DNA of 64,000 bases from Bigelowiella natans CCMP2755. Lineage: Eukaryota; Protista; Cercozoa. Positions 40,858-52,268 of this stretch are shown one piece after another. The translations under genes and the position numbers were made by a program. Under the pieces are notes generated by a model. It had not been told where the DNA came from. It searched no databases and saw only the letters and a program-made list of their open reading frames with translations. The stretch covers positions 1 to 64,000 of the forward strand of contig ADNK01000029.1 in assembly GCA_000320545.1 (NCBI GenBank), in the 5' to 3' direction. Numbering within the stretch: position 1 is the first letter of the stretch; the number at the start of each line of letters is the position of its first letter.

Positions 40858-41315
40858 GACAGACAGACAGACAAACTCACCGTTCCTGGCTTCCTCTATG
40901 GCCTTTTCGAACATGGCAAGCTCTTCGGTTCGGTTGCTGCTGTTGACCGATGACCTATCGTTGGTGCCATTATCATCCTTGCCATTGATGAGTTCTTGCA
41001 GCATCGGGATCGAAAGAGTCGCATGATCACCGCCGTAATAATCCTGAGACAAACCATTTCTTACTTCAGGGATGCTTCTGAGAAATCGGGGGGGGGATCG
41101 CTTCGGAGGATGACTTCTGACCCACCTTCTCGTCCATGTGCAGAACCGTTTTTCCAGCTCTAGCGAAAGCGCTAGCTAGAATGCATTGTCCTAAAGATGT
41201 GCCGAGTACGATCACATCGTAGTGACTTGATGGCAGCCTGAGGAAGAAACACCACTGATCGCAAGACTCCGTGACACATGTAAAATTCTTAAACGAACCT
41301 AATTTCGTCGCTCAT
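35934..41315 (-). CDS. CHM: Rab escort protein (REP/CHM; GDI-REP superfamily), multi-exon
   Basis: MSDEIR|LPSSHYDVIVLGTSLGQCILASAFARAGKTVLHMD..|DYYGGDHATL is followed by a long low-complexity insert (typical of REP rather than GDI), then RFCIDLDPR, VGRYLEF, VPVSRSIVF..LSLSDKRVLMRLM, SLGRYG, LYPSYGTGEVPQ|AFTRLCAVHGGIYLL and AETAFKRFCPESDFLP. Confidence 0.9.
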
Positions 41316-41644
41316 GTTCAGAGGAGCCCGTGACCTTCAAATCAAATATCCCCCTTTGCTCGCAGCCTCTTTCTTCCTCGCTTCCCTCTCTCCGCTGGCC
41401 TTTGTCCAGTATTCCACTGATCGCTTCGTGGAAGGTGGGGAACTTTCTCGTGGTGCTCACAGTGGATGACGACAGCAGCAACGATCCATGCACGACAGAT
41501 CTCCACGATACTTTCCGCATAATAAATTGACTATTTCTTGCACCCCTGGAGACCCTTGGTAGTAAGAAAGCCAACAAATACACCGGAAAGAGAAAGGAGC
41601 GACATTGATCTCTTCATGTCTTAAACGCTTTCTTTCCTACTCGT

Positions 41645-41716
41645 AGGATTTCAGGATTTCCACTCTGGATTTCTCGAGATTTCCTAAGATTTCCTAGGAT
41701 TTCCTAGGATTTCCTG
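41645..41716. repeat. Degenerate 10-bp tandem repeat (unit GATTTCCTAG), about 7 units
   Basis: The sequence reads aggatttc aggatttcca..ggatttctcga gatttcctaa gatttcctag gatttcctag gatttcctg. It lies between the REP start and the pseudogene copy. Confidence 0.75.
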
Positions 41717-41821
41717 CGAATAACGCACGTGTTGTTTGTAATACACCTACGACATGATTGGTGAGAGGTATCTGCGGGAAAATGCCGAACATTTTTTAAT
41801 CGGCACGCACCAACTATGCCA

Positions 41822-42232
41822 GTGCCTAAAAACCCAATGCTAGAATGGTCTAGGTCTACATGCACCCAAAAGTGTGCCCACATCTCAAGCAATCATCATG
41901 GCGGGAATTCATGAAGTACCTACGTGACAAAGGCAGCGGAGCTGCGAGAACTTTCCGGGCGAGACGTCTCTTCGTGAGTTCTGGGGCACCCATCGGCAAC
42001 CCTAGAATCGCAAATCAAAGCGACTCACAGCAGTCAGGAGACTTCACATGTTGATGACATTTCGAATCAAGCATTGGAACTGCTTCATTCATGCACACCC
42101 TGAAGGCAGAAAATGCATCTTCAATGCCTTCCTGGGCACCATGAAGATGCTAAAGATACCAAAGGGGAGCGAGAGTTCCAGCTAGCAGCTAGCCAGAGCT
42201 AGCAGAGACTGGCTAGCTAGCTAGCTGTGCAC
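41822..42232 (+). pseudogene. Decayed partial duplicate of the 5' region of the gene at 44968 (homologous to 44901-45228)
   Basis: Shared collinear blocks are gtgcctaaaaacccaa, atcatcatgg, ggcacccatcggcaacc, cgcaaatcaaagcgactc-cagcagtcaggaga, ctgaaggcagaaaa, tcttcaatgccttcctgggcac and ctagctgtgcaca. Insertions and frameshifts interrupt them. Confidence 0.85.
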
Positions 42233-42777
42233 AACAGTCCAGGTGTGCTTCAATGAACACGCTAGCTAGCTAGCTAGTGTCACACTAACTGTGAGACTTG
42301 AACTGAACCCGCACATGGCATGTCAAATTTCATCAGCACGCACGCTAGCACGGCGCACAGCGCAACCCAACTAGCCAACTAGCCAACCTGAAATTTCACT
42401 GCAGTTGCATCCACATGTGTCATCATGGCCTAGCTTGTCCTAGCTAGCTAGCAAGATTTGCTAGCGCTAGAGCGGTGTTAGATGTGTCCACAGATTTTTG
42501 CATCGCCTCGTAATTTTTGACACGCAAATAGTTGTAGCCTTGCGCAATGCATCCATCAGTAGCAACACAACTAGACGTACAAGAAGAAGGCCTTTGTAGA
42601 TGCGCTCGACTACTAGAAGCAAGCGCTGATCAAGCATGATATTGTGGTCTGCTCTGCCGTGCACGCAGACGTGAAACAGGCTAGCAGGTCAGGCAACGTT
42701 GCGACATTTGCGGCCAATCCATGGATTCGTCAAGATATCATCACTAGATGACCTAGCTTGCTAATTCACAGTCTTCC

Positions 42778-44323
42778 CTACTTTTTGGGGGGTTGTGATG
42801 CTGCGGTTTTGGGCTTGTCGCGACAGGACAATGAAGTTCGAGCAAGTTTACAAGCTCCGCCTGTATCTAGTCCCACGAACCGCCCTACAATACTGAGCCA
42901 ACATGGCAGATAATTCATTTCCTTAAACAAGTCATCTCGTGATACTTCTTTCCCTGAAGTCTCCTCGGCAGCAGAGAAAGCAATAGACAATAGCTTGTTG
43001 AGTTGACACACCTACGTTGTTTGATATACTTCGTCCAAAATCTACTGCTCTACATCTAAGCAATGCGAAGATAATTGTAAGGAAAATATCGATTCTACCT
43101 TCATAGCAAGAACTGGGCAGCCCTCTACTGGATGATCCTATCGGTAACAAGGTTTTGAGTACTTGTGCACCTCTCGTGTTAATCTAGATAGTCTGTTTCC
43201 CACCTGCTGTATCAGGTAACACTTCGCCTCTGGGACAGGAAGGGTCGATTCTTTCCTCTGCCTGTATCACACATTCTTTAAGTCGGAAGTTGAGGAATTA
43301 GGAGGCGCAAAGTGTGTGGTGATCCTAGATGCGTACCAATATTTCAAAATTTCATTGGCCCTCTCCAGACCGACAGGACTCCCATCTGCTTTCCCGGCCG
43401 AATAGCATACACAAAGAAACATTTTACAATAACCATTAGACATGATCGTGTTGAGTATTGTAAGTATTCGACCTGGATTGCTCGCTTTTAAGATCATTAG
43501 AGGGACTTCATAAGCTGTTTGATAGAGAACTTCATGCCGAATTCCTACGAGCGTGGATCCTGTTTCCCCGTCACCAAGTCTATCAACACTGCAGTCAGTG
43601 TAGGTACATCCCTGGTCCCTCTTCGTATAGTCCCCGTTGATGTGGCTAACACTTTGGTGCGAGGATAATGGTGTGCTCCCAGTTGACTTTGTGTCTGATT
43701 TTTCTCCACTCGCCTTAATGACACCATCATCATTGGGTTCTGCTTAGTTAGAGGATTGATTAGCGCTTGTCTGAGCGATATATCAAGAGTTATAGTAGTA
43801 CCCAAGTCGGGGAATGTCGCGAGAAGTTCATCGTCGCCGTGAGAAGCGACGTCTTTGTCGCAGTTATGTTTGTCAACGCTTCGTTTATGTGTCACATGTG
43901 GAGTTGAGGGGGGGGGGGCTGGCAAAAATATCTCCCGTCCAGAGAGATATATGTGACCTGGGACTCCTGCCTGGGATGTACAAACTTTTAGTTGTTGGGT
44001 ATGCACGAATATATTTACTCGCACAAGTGCCAATGAAACGGGCGTTTGAAATTAAGTATTGGTGGATGAAAATTTGAAATGCTTCTTGAAAATAAATTAT
44101 AATGATTCAATACCAGTAGTGAATTTGGGGATGGCTTCCGTAGACTCCAGAATTCACCCGACGATAACGACTACATAAGTTCTCGTAAGAAGGCAGCAGG
44201 CCAAAATATTATGTAATACCTCAGCAGCACGACAGAATGCCTTGTAGCTGATGGTGCCGGGATGGCGACCTGTATCCTGTGTGCGTCAGCACGATTCCAG
44301 TTAAGAGGAAGAAGGAGTGGGTC

Positions 44324-44378
<55 letters not shown>

Positions 44379-44438
44379 GGAGAGGGAGAGGGAGAGGGAG
44401 GGAGCAAGCATCACCTTCACTTTAGATTCCAAGGACAT
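42778..44438 (-). CDS. ATG10: ATG10, E2-like autophagy conjugating enzyme, multi-exon
   Basis: The spliced product is MSLESKVK|DTGRHPGTISYKAFCRAAE|...IRHEVLYQTAYEVPLMILKASNP|DGSPVGLE..|YLIQQ|DHPVEGCPVLAMK|VCQLNKLL...NYLPCWLSIVGRFVGL. This matches the Atg10 pattern YxxxYxVPxLxFxA..DG.P / ITQxEHP..G.P...HPC / NY..SWLS.VG..VGL. Confidence 0.85.
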
Positions 44439-44967
44439 AGATGGTGCATCGTATTTCGTCGGCTAATATCACGCCTAAAATTTAGGATGGGAACAATTTC
44501 TGAACCCGAAGTAGATCTAGAACGTTGGGTGACACCACGTTTTTCAGCCAAATATAGTTTCGATTCTTTTTATCCTATCTCTCCATGAAACTAACGTGCT
44601 TTCTTCCGTATCGTGCCGGTGGGTGACCCATCACGATGCTCTGATCGCAAGTTGTAATCAGAACAAATCAAAAGCGAAAAACGATTACGACAAGTAGGTC
44701 AAGACGAGATTGCTGTAAAAATAACCGGTTTCTCTTTCTACAAAATAGATTAGTCTTCGGACAAGAAACTTCTGAGGACGGGGAAGCACTTCCTGCGGTC
44801 AAAGGGAAATGTCTTCCTTTTGTAGGGAGCGACAACACTGGGTTCATGTCGCAATAAGTAAAGATGTGTTTAGAATGGGCTTAAGGGCAGGTCTTCTCTC
44901 GTGCCTAAAAACCCAAATAACCCATGAGTATGCCCGCCCCACAACTCAAGTATTTCATCTAATCATC

Positions 44968-45957
44968 ATGGCAAGAGGAATTCATAAAGGCACCAAAGCA
45001 TCTAAGGCGGTGGACCTACGAAGAACAACCAAGCTCAAACAGCGAAGACGCGAACTTGCTTACGTCCCTTCGTGGGTTCTGGCGGCACCCATCGGCAACC
45101 GCAAATCAAAGCGACTCGCAGCAGTCAGGAGATTTCTTGCTCTGAAGGCAGAAAAGGCGTCTTCAATGCCTTCCTGGGCACTGAAGATACCAAACGGGGA
45201 GCGAAAGTCCCAGAGACTAGCTGTGCACAGAGTGAAGCTCGCACTTGAAGCAACAGACAACCTGTGGGGAATCCACGAGGAACATCCCAACGTGATGTTG
45301 ATGGAATCATCGGAAGAGAATACAAAGGTAGTGGAAAGGAAAAACACAAGACCTATGGATTCCAAAAATAGGCAGAATGCAGAGGCAACAGATAAATTTG
45401 GAGAAAGCGATGGAGCGCGGGTTATGGAATGCCCGAACAGAGGAGCAAAGTCTTGCAAGGATGCAGAGAATGAGGAGGAAGAAAATTTTACCATGAAAGA
45501 TGCTGACTCTGTGGACACTCACTCAGTGGACACGGCCATCAGCAATGTTAATCCAGATTTTGATGACCAGAAAAAGATTGTGCCTACGGACATGCGCTCA
45601 AAAGATTCAATAGAATTCAAAAATAATTCTTTTAAGTCCGTTGACTCAATCATGCAATCTTGTGAAATGTCACATGTCCTTCTAGGAGACAATCACTTGG
45701 ACTTTCCAAAAACACCCAGACTTGCAGAGCGAAAGCAAAAGAAAATATTTCGGGATTTTTCCTCAAATTCGGACAAAATATCCAGAAGCGCATTCAAGAA
45801 AGCACTGTCGAAAGCTGGAAGACGTCCGAAAGCAAATTTGCTCAACTCAGTTTTCTGTAGCCTTGACATTAACAAAAATGGATCAATCGAATTTGAAGAA
45901 TTCCAGAGAGGGCTTCACCAACTTTCCCAACTTTCTCAACCTAATGTGCTAGTGTGA
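44968..45957 (+). CDS. Intronless protein: basic N-terminus with two 34-aa repeats, acidic linker, C-terminal EF-hand pair
   Basis: The ORF is uninterrupted (open from 44809; probable ATG 44968, MARGIHK). Repeats are PSWVLAAPIGNRKSKRLA (45067) and PSWALKIPNGERKSQRLA (45169). A canonical EF loop DINKNGSIEFEE (45865-45900) is preceded by a degenerate one (FSSNSDKISRSAF). Confidence 0.75.
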   Translation: MARGIHKGTKASKAVDLRRTTKLKQRRRELAYVPSWVLAAPIGNRKSKRLAAVRRFLALKAEKASSMPSWALKIPNGERKSQRLAVHRVKLALEATDNLWGIHEEHPNVMLMESSEENTKVVERKNTRPMDSKNRQNAEATDKFGESDGARVMECPNRGAKSCKDAENEEEENFTMKDADSVDTHSVDTAISNVNPDFDDQKKIVPTDMRSKDSIEFKNNSFKSVDSIMQSCEMSHVLLGDNHLDFPKTPRLAERKQKKIFRDFSSNSDKISRSAFKKALSKAGRRPKANLLNSVFCSLDINKNGSIEFEEFQRGLHQLSQLSQPNVLV

Positions 45958-46816
45958 TTTTGAAACCATGAAATTCAATTGCTAAAAAATGAAAATTAAA
46001 CCACAAACTTTTCGTATATTCGCGTGCACAGCCATGTAAAAGTACATCACTAGATCAGCACGATGCGCAGCGCAGCATGACGCGACGGTTTGTAGCGATC
46101 ATGGCGATTGCATCCTAGCAATACTAGAATAGCTGAAAATCCTCACCGTGTCCATCAATCACTTAGTAGTCATAGCTAGGTATACTCTAGTACTGCTCCT
46201 TAGTACTAGCTAAATCAAGCATGATCGCGATGATTGTTGTTGCTTATTTCTGCTTTGCTAGTTTGCATGCCAGCTAGCCATCTAGCCATGCTAGCATGCA
46301 CGTAAATGTGAAAAGAGGGCAACGCTAGCAACGCTAGAACGAACCACATCAATCTCTAGATCTAGACGTTGCTAGGTTGGCGGTCACTAGCTAGCTAGTA
46401 AAATTGCGCAGCAGTCTAAGCACGCTAGCACGCATGCTAGTATACTTGTAGGAGATAGGAGAGATAGACACGGGACACATTGAAGTTCATGCAGCCCTGG
46501 TGCAGGCGCGGTGCATGGTACACATAACTTCAGCATGAAACTTAACGAGTTTCGCTTGGTCATACAATCTAGACTATCTCCACATTTTCCGATTTTTTCT
46601 TTAATTGAATGAATGATATACTTGCAAAAATTTAGGTATCTATGGACAACTAGTATGTGTTACCAACCATATACGCATTTGTCCGACATATATGCGCGTC
46701 TATCTAGCTATGTGGCCAATCTCTAGATCACCAAATATTGATACATTAGTGCAAATATCCAAATTCTCTCATATTTCCCTAGAATTTAAGGAATTTTCTA
46801 CAATTTTTTTGCGACA

Positions 46817-48529
46817 TTATTTTTCCTTTTTCGGCAGAGAGAATCGGCCTTCATTATCCAGCATCTTAAACTTGTTACCACGCACAACCATCACCTCTTT
46901 GGGTAGCTTAACTCTTTTATTCGCGGTGGAATGGTCAGCGAACCTAAGAGAGGGAGTCCGAAAGTCGTCTTGTCATTTTTATGTAAGGTAGAAGTATCAT
47001 CCCTCACTACACGAACACAATTACATTATGGCTGATGCACACACGCACAAGTAAATGTGAAGGAAACAATTGTACTACCAGACGGAGATGTTGGGGCCGA
47101 CAAGCCTGAAAAACTGCCGTGGTGTGGGTTTATCCTTCTGCTTAAGATTTTTGTTTGTGGTTGAGGGTTGTTTTGAAGATTTTTGAAAGATTCTCTGAAC
47201 GAAAGATTTAACCCCACGACTCTTAATCCCACCGTGGTGAGTCGTCTTATTTATAGGTAGAGATTCATGCGGAGTCCTATCCGTCTGCCACATCAATAGC
47301 ACACACAATAACGCGCGCACACACACACGAACATGCATACACGGGTCAGAATTGATGTTCATCCTCGTTGGAATCATATATTTCAATATATTGTTTCAAT
47401 CAGAAACATCACTACTGCTATAATCGCCTACGTTCTCCTCTCATTAATGCTAGTTCGCGGCCTTTGTTAGTCATACAATATAGTGCTGATGGTGGCACTG
47501 CTACACTACTACCATACCATCCATATGAGCTCGCCTTCCTTCAGCTTTCTTTCCGTGCCTTCAAGCAGGGGTCGCATGTGCTCAATGTCGCCAAATGCGT
47601 GGACCTAGACAATGAGGAAAAGAGTAAAAGAGACAGAGAGAGATTTAGGGAAGAATAAAAGAAAAAATGAACGACTTTTTGTGTTATTCGGTATCTGCTC
47701 TAGTATAGCTGCAACGAGCCCCTCCCCCCCCCCTCCTCTCAAGTGTTCGCAAGCACACTTCCTTCGTGATGAATTAGTGCTAATCGGGCATACATCTTCT
47801 GGTGAGTTGAGTATAGCTGGATAGACTGCGCACGAGTCGCTAACGTTCGACGCCATCCAGATGCCTGTGAATACTTGAAGCAATCAGTTGCTAAACCAGC
47901 ACCAGCACCAGTAACAACGCTAGCGGTAGCGGATATACCGAACACATGCATACAATATTCATTGCACGCAGACTCGACCTCCATCAAATACGCCCTGTCT
48001 GAATGTGCCAAGTCCCCAACCATGCCACACGCGGTAAGACCTTTTCGAGGGATTCTGAGGGGGGTTAAAAAGAGAAGCACCAATCGTCATCACCCGTCCT
48101 TCTTGCTTTTCCTCCCCTCCGGTGGTTTAGAGGAATATGTCCCCAAAAAGTCACTGTGAATCCGCTGATACAATCGGGTGAATGCACCAGCTGTAGAAAC
48201 AGCCCTTTTCTTTCATAAAACGGAGGTCGTCTGTCTTCGGCAGCCAAGACGCACAAAATTATCACCAAAACGAAACAAAAAGAAAAGAAGTCTCATGACA
48301 TGCCCTCCCAATGTGTAGATCCGAACTCTCTTCCTACATTCTCCTCAACTCTTCCAAAGGCACAACACATACCCATAGGCTTTGTGGGCTGAATCCGGGC
48401 GATTCGACGTGCAAACCAGGCCTCCGTTGCGACCATCCCTTTTTCACTTCAGACTCATGTATTGTGAGGTAGAACACCTGCGGAACGAAAAGGAGTGCAG
48501 GAACAAATCGATATATGTATAAATATATA

Positions 48530-48577
<48 letters not shown>

Positions 48578-48858
48578 GTGTGCGCCATCTCTAGGGCTGG
48601 ATGATAACGACGTGCATGAGGAAGGAGAGGGGGAAGAAATTATGTACTGCACACCTTTCCAATTGCATCTGTCGCCGTGTCGACGAGACAACGGTCTATC
48701 ATCGGCACATACTGGTGCATTTTTTTCTACGGGAGAACGGGGAGGGATGATAAAGGGAGGAGGGGGGGGGGGATGATTTAGCTTATATGCAGGACATTGA
48801 ATCAGTAGTGAGAACATATAAGTGCACACACAAAGATGCATAGAATGTATTTATACGC

Positions 48859-48899
<41 letters not shown>

Positions 48900-50114
48900 T
48901 GTATATTTATATGGTAGAAGTGTATGTATGGGAGGCAAGGATAGACAGATCCATTCGAAAAATCTTCCTCCTGCTTACAAATGAAGACATACATACATAC
49001 GCACGCACGCACGCACACGGTAATGCGTGTGTATGCGTTGTGACTGAGACAGGCATGGAGGATCTCTCTACCTACCTACCGGCAGTGTTGCTTTGTCTAC
49101 GACAGGGATCTTTTGAACCCTAAGGGTTGTCGCTCCAATCCTTATCGGCATCATGTTAATGTTAATGCCGCTCGGCTCCGGAAAGTCAACCTTTTCATCC
49201 AAGATTAGAGCAGATTATGCCATTGTCAAAGTGGCGTATATTTGACCAACGACAAGGAGGGGGGGGTGAAGGAAGGCCAACAATACTGCTGTGGACGACA
49301 AAGCAGATCTCGAGATAAACAGATTATAATAATAACACAAGGAACTTGCATCGGCATCATTGATGATGGAACTCTGTGTTGCTTCAATATGACTATTTTG
49401 ATGTAATTGGACGGACGGGCGGTCAATTTTGCCTAAGTTCCGGAGATGTTTGGTTACCTTGCATATCATCGCATATGGTACTCTCTGCTTACTTTTGACC
49501 AGCTCGTCGGGGTTGAATATGGGGCTGTGCCCGATTTCAACGTCACATGCCCACATGTCCAACTACGTTTGTATATTTATCAGAAGCAGAGCAGTGAGGA
49601 GAGAATGGCGTGAGGCCAAATCCGCTTTTTTCTTCTTCATCATGCGAATAGTCTCATTATTTAAGAGATTTGTTTGTTTTGGTTCTCGACAATTCTCCGT
49701 TGTCGTAGCACGCTGCTATTGGTGATACTCTTCCCACCACTAATGCTTCATCACATTCAGAAATGCTGCTGCTAAGCAGCGCACCACCACAGTTATTTTA
49801 TTATCGTATCGAAGAATGCTTTTGCTTTGTTATGAAGGCGAAACCATCTCATCTTGCTCTTCACTTCCCCCCCCCACCTCGATCATTGTTACCAGATATT
49901 GCCATATTTTTTTCAGTAAGACAGATTGCCCTCTCAGCCTGTTCAAATTGCTTTTCGGGTCATGGAGACCGCAGATGAAAGCGTGGAGTATCTCGGGATA
50001 TGGACTATAAGTTAAAATGTGTATCGTCAGTTGTATCGACCATTGCGACTATTATTCAAGTTAGGGAGAGAGGGGAGAGGAGGGGAGAGGAGAGAGGGAG
50101 AGAGAGAGAGAGAG

Positions 50115-50160
<46 letters not shown>

Positions 50161-50631
50161 GAGAGAGGAAAGAGAGAGAGAGAGAGAAAGTGAAAGAAGT
50201 CTCATTTTCCTCCTCTTACCGGATCCGAGAGTACATACGATAATTCTTCTGCTTCTCACACAATTTCTCCTCCACCATAACTGCATCCTTGATGCGCTGA
50301 AATTGGTCTGAGAAACCACCATTACCATGTAAAAGAAGGAACACTAGAGCATGAAGAGTTTTATTGATGACAGTATTGCAATCACCATCACCACCACCAC
50401 CACTATCAGTCTACTATATCAATATATCACCACGTGAAACATTCCCTTGCACCGAGGTGTCTACTACAAACATCGGCATTGTGGATCGTTGTTCTGAATC
50501 CTTTTGCTGAAGTGATTCTCGGAATAATATCAGCTCCTTCTCGAATAGCTTTATGGTAGTCTCTTCCAAGCCATACCTACACATTGAGATGCAGATCATA
50601 CTTCCCTCTTCTTCTTTCTCTCTTGCACAGA

Positions 50632-50674
<43 letters not shown>

Positions 50675-50856
50675 GCATAAAAGTCTTGGAGTCTCACTTT
50701 TCCGCGTTCAGACGCAACTTTGAAATGATCCACTGCCCCGGAAATATGAACGAATGTTCATAATTGCTGCAAAGCACGTAGTGATTTTCACCACCACTTG
50801 CTCTCCATCCCCTTCTGCAAGGCGAATTAGTTATTTACCCCACGTCACAATTTAAC

Positions 50857-50911
<55 letters not shown>

Positions 50912-51190
50912 TAACTCTCCCACTCCTATTTGCTCCATATTCTTCCTGCCTGCCTGTCTATCTATCCCTACCTCATCTTCCTTTGATAGTGTTGGAATCG
51001 TGTGAGCACGGGAAATGTGCTGTAGAAACACGGGCATTTTACGTATTTTCCCAACAGAATGGACAGTTTTTGAGAGAAAATGTCCTGAATTTGGCTTAGA
51101 TCTACCTCCTCCTTTCTCTGCCGCCGCCTTACCGGCACTACGACAACGCGATGTTGTTCCTCGCTGGTGCTCAAATGCCGGACTCAACTT
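46817..51190 (-). CDS. Multi-exon protein with a C-terminal putative 2OG-Fe(II) oxygenase-like (DSBH) domain; 5' end uncertain
   Basis: Exons give FPEPSGININMMPI, VFYLTIHESEVKKGWSQRRPGLHVESP, GIWMASNVSDSCAVY, FGDIEHMR, GELIW|MTDRTPHESLP and RQFFRLVGPNISVW|FADHSTAN...GNKF...*, with TAA at 46817-46819. Upstream exons at 49400-51190 have no recognisable domain. Confidence 0.7.
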
Positions 51191-51317
51191 TTCATTCTCT
51201 GCAGCAGGTCATCTGTGTCAGCGCTCGTGGCCGGTGGATGTGAAACAAACCCTCGCTCTTTCTTTGGTGGTTCTTGTTGGGGGAGGACGTGGATGAGTTA
51301 GCACTGTCTCATGATCC

Positions 51318-51354
51318 TTTCGAATCAAGCATTGCAACCACTTCGTTCACACTC
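51318..51354 (+). repeat. Short dispersed repeat, also present as an insertion at 42060-42096
   Basis: A 17-bp identity, tttcgaatcaagcattg, is followed by a 20-bp extension whose mismatches are mostly at inferred CpG sites. Confidence 0.7.
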
Positions 51355-52268
51355 CAATTCAGGAAAAGAGGAAGACAGCCTGCGCACATCACTGAGGGGA
51401 TGACAAGAAGGAAGGGAGAGCTCCCAATTGTCCCACACGCCAGCGTTCACTCGCATCTTTAGCTCGCATCTGACGTCGCATTGTGGTCAGTTGCAAATTT
51501 TGACAATGAGGTCTAGAAGGTCCAGACTGGCCAGAGCGAGGTGTGCAATGCTAGAATGGCGGTGTGCGCAAGATGAGTGCCAAGCTTAGTGAGCGACATG
51601 CCATGTTGTCATGCAAACTGAATTTAGGAACATCTTCGCACAATCTAGCTACATCATGGTGTCACAATGTGTCGTCTGCATTTGATGTGCACACGTCTAG
51701 ACGTGTCCACGCTGCTGTGCTCGAGAGATTGATGTGGCTGTCATCTCCATGTCACAGCATGCAGATGTCACATTGCGGCGCGCACATGTGTATGCATCCT
51801 GTTAGCATATATATCATGCTAGCATGCACATGTCAAACATTTGCACATGTTGTGCTACCTGCTGCTAGCGAACAATGATGTAGCGACAACATCGAGCAGC
51901 ACACATGTAGTTTTTCCAAGTTTGGAGCAGGCTAGCAGGCTTGTTCAAGTTTGGTTGCTTAATTTCACGGAACACGAAAAAAGTGTGTCGTTTTGTAAAT
52001 GTCGCATCCATGTTCGCCTCGTTTGGGTTTCGCTGTACATTCATACATGAGCAAAAGTGATATTGCTATCCTGTGAATCGATGTGCACTTTTGAAGGCAG
52101 CTTGTGAACATCCAATGTTCGGCCTTCATTATTTTCTTTCTCATAGGATATTCCACTAATCTACCTGTCTTTCAGCTCACAGGCATACAATGAAGGGTTC
52201 ATTCAATTTAAGCAGCATGCACAATTAATATGTCACTAAAACAAAAAAGTAGCCGATCCACTCAACAC

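Noticed and set aside
41645-41716. CRISPR-like array
   Set aside because: The units are 10 bp with no unique spacers, there are no cas genes, and the context is eukaryotic.
42400-44100. Stop-interrupted minus-strand ORFs that first looked like a decayed retroelement
   Set aside because: There are no RT or integrase motifs, and GT-AG splicing resolves them into ATG10.
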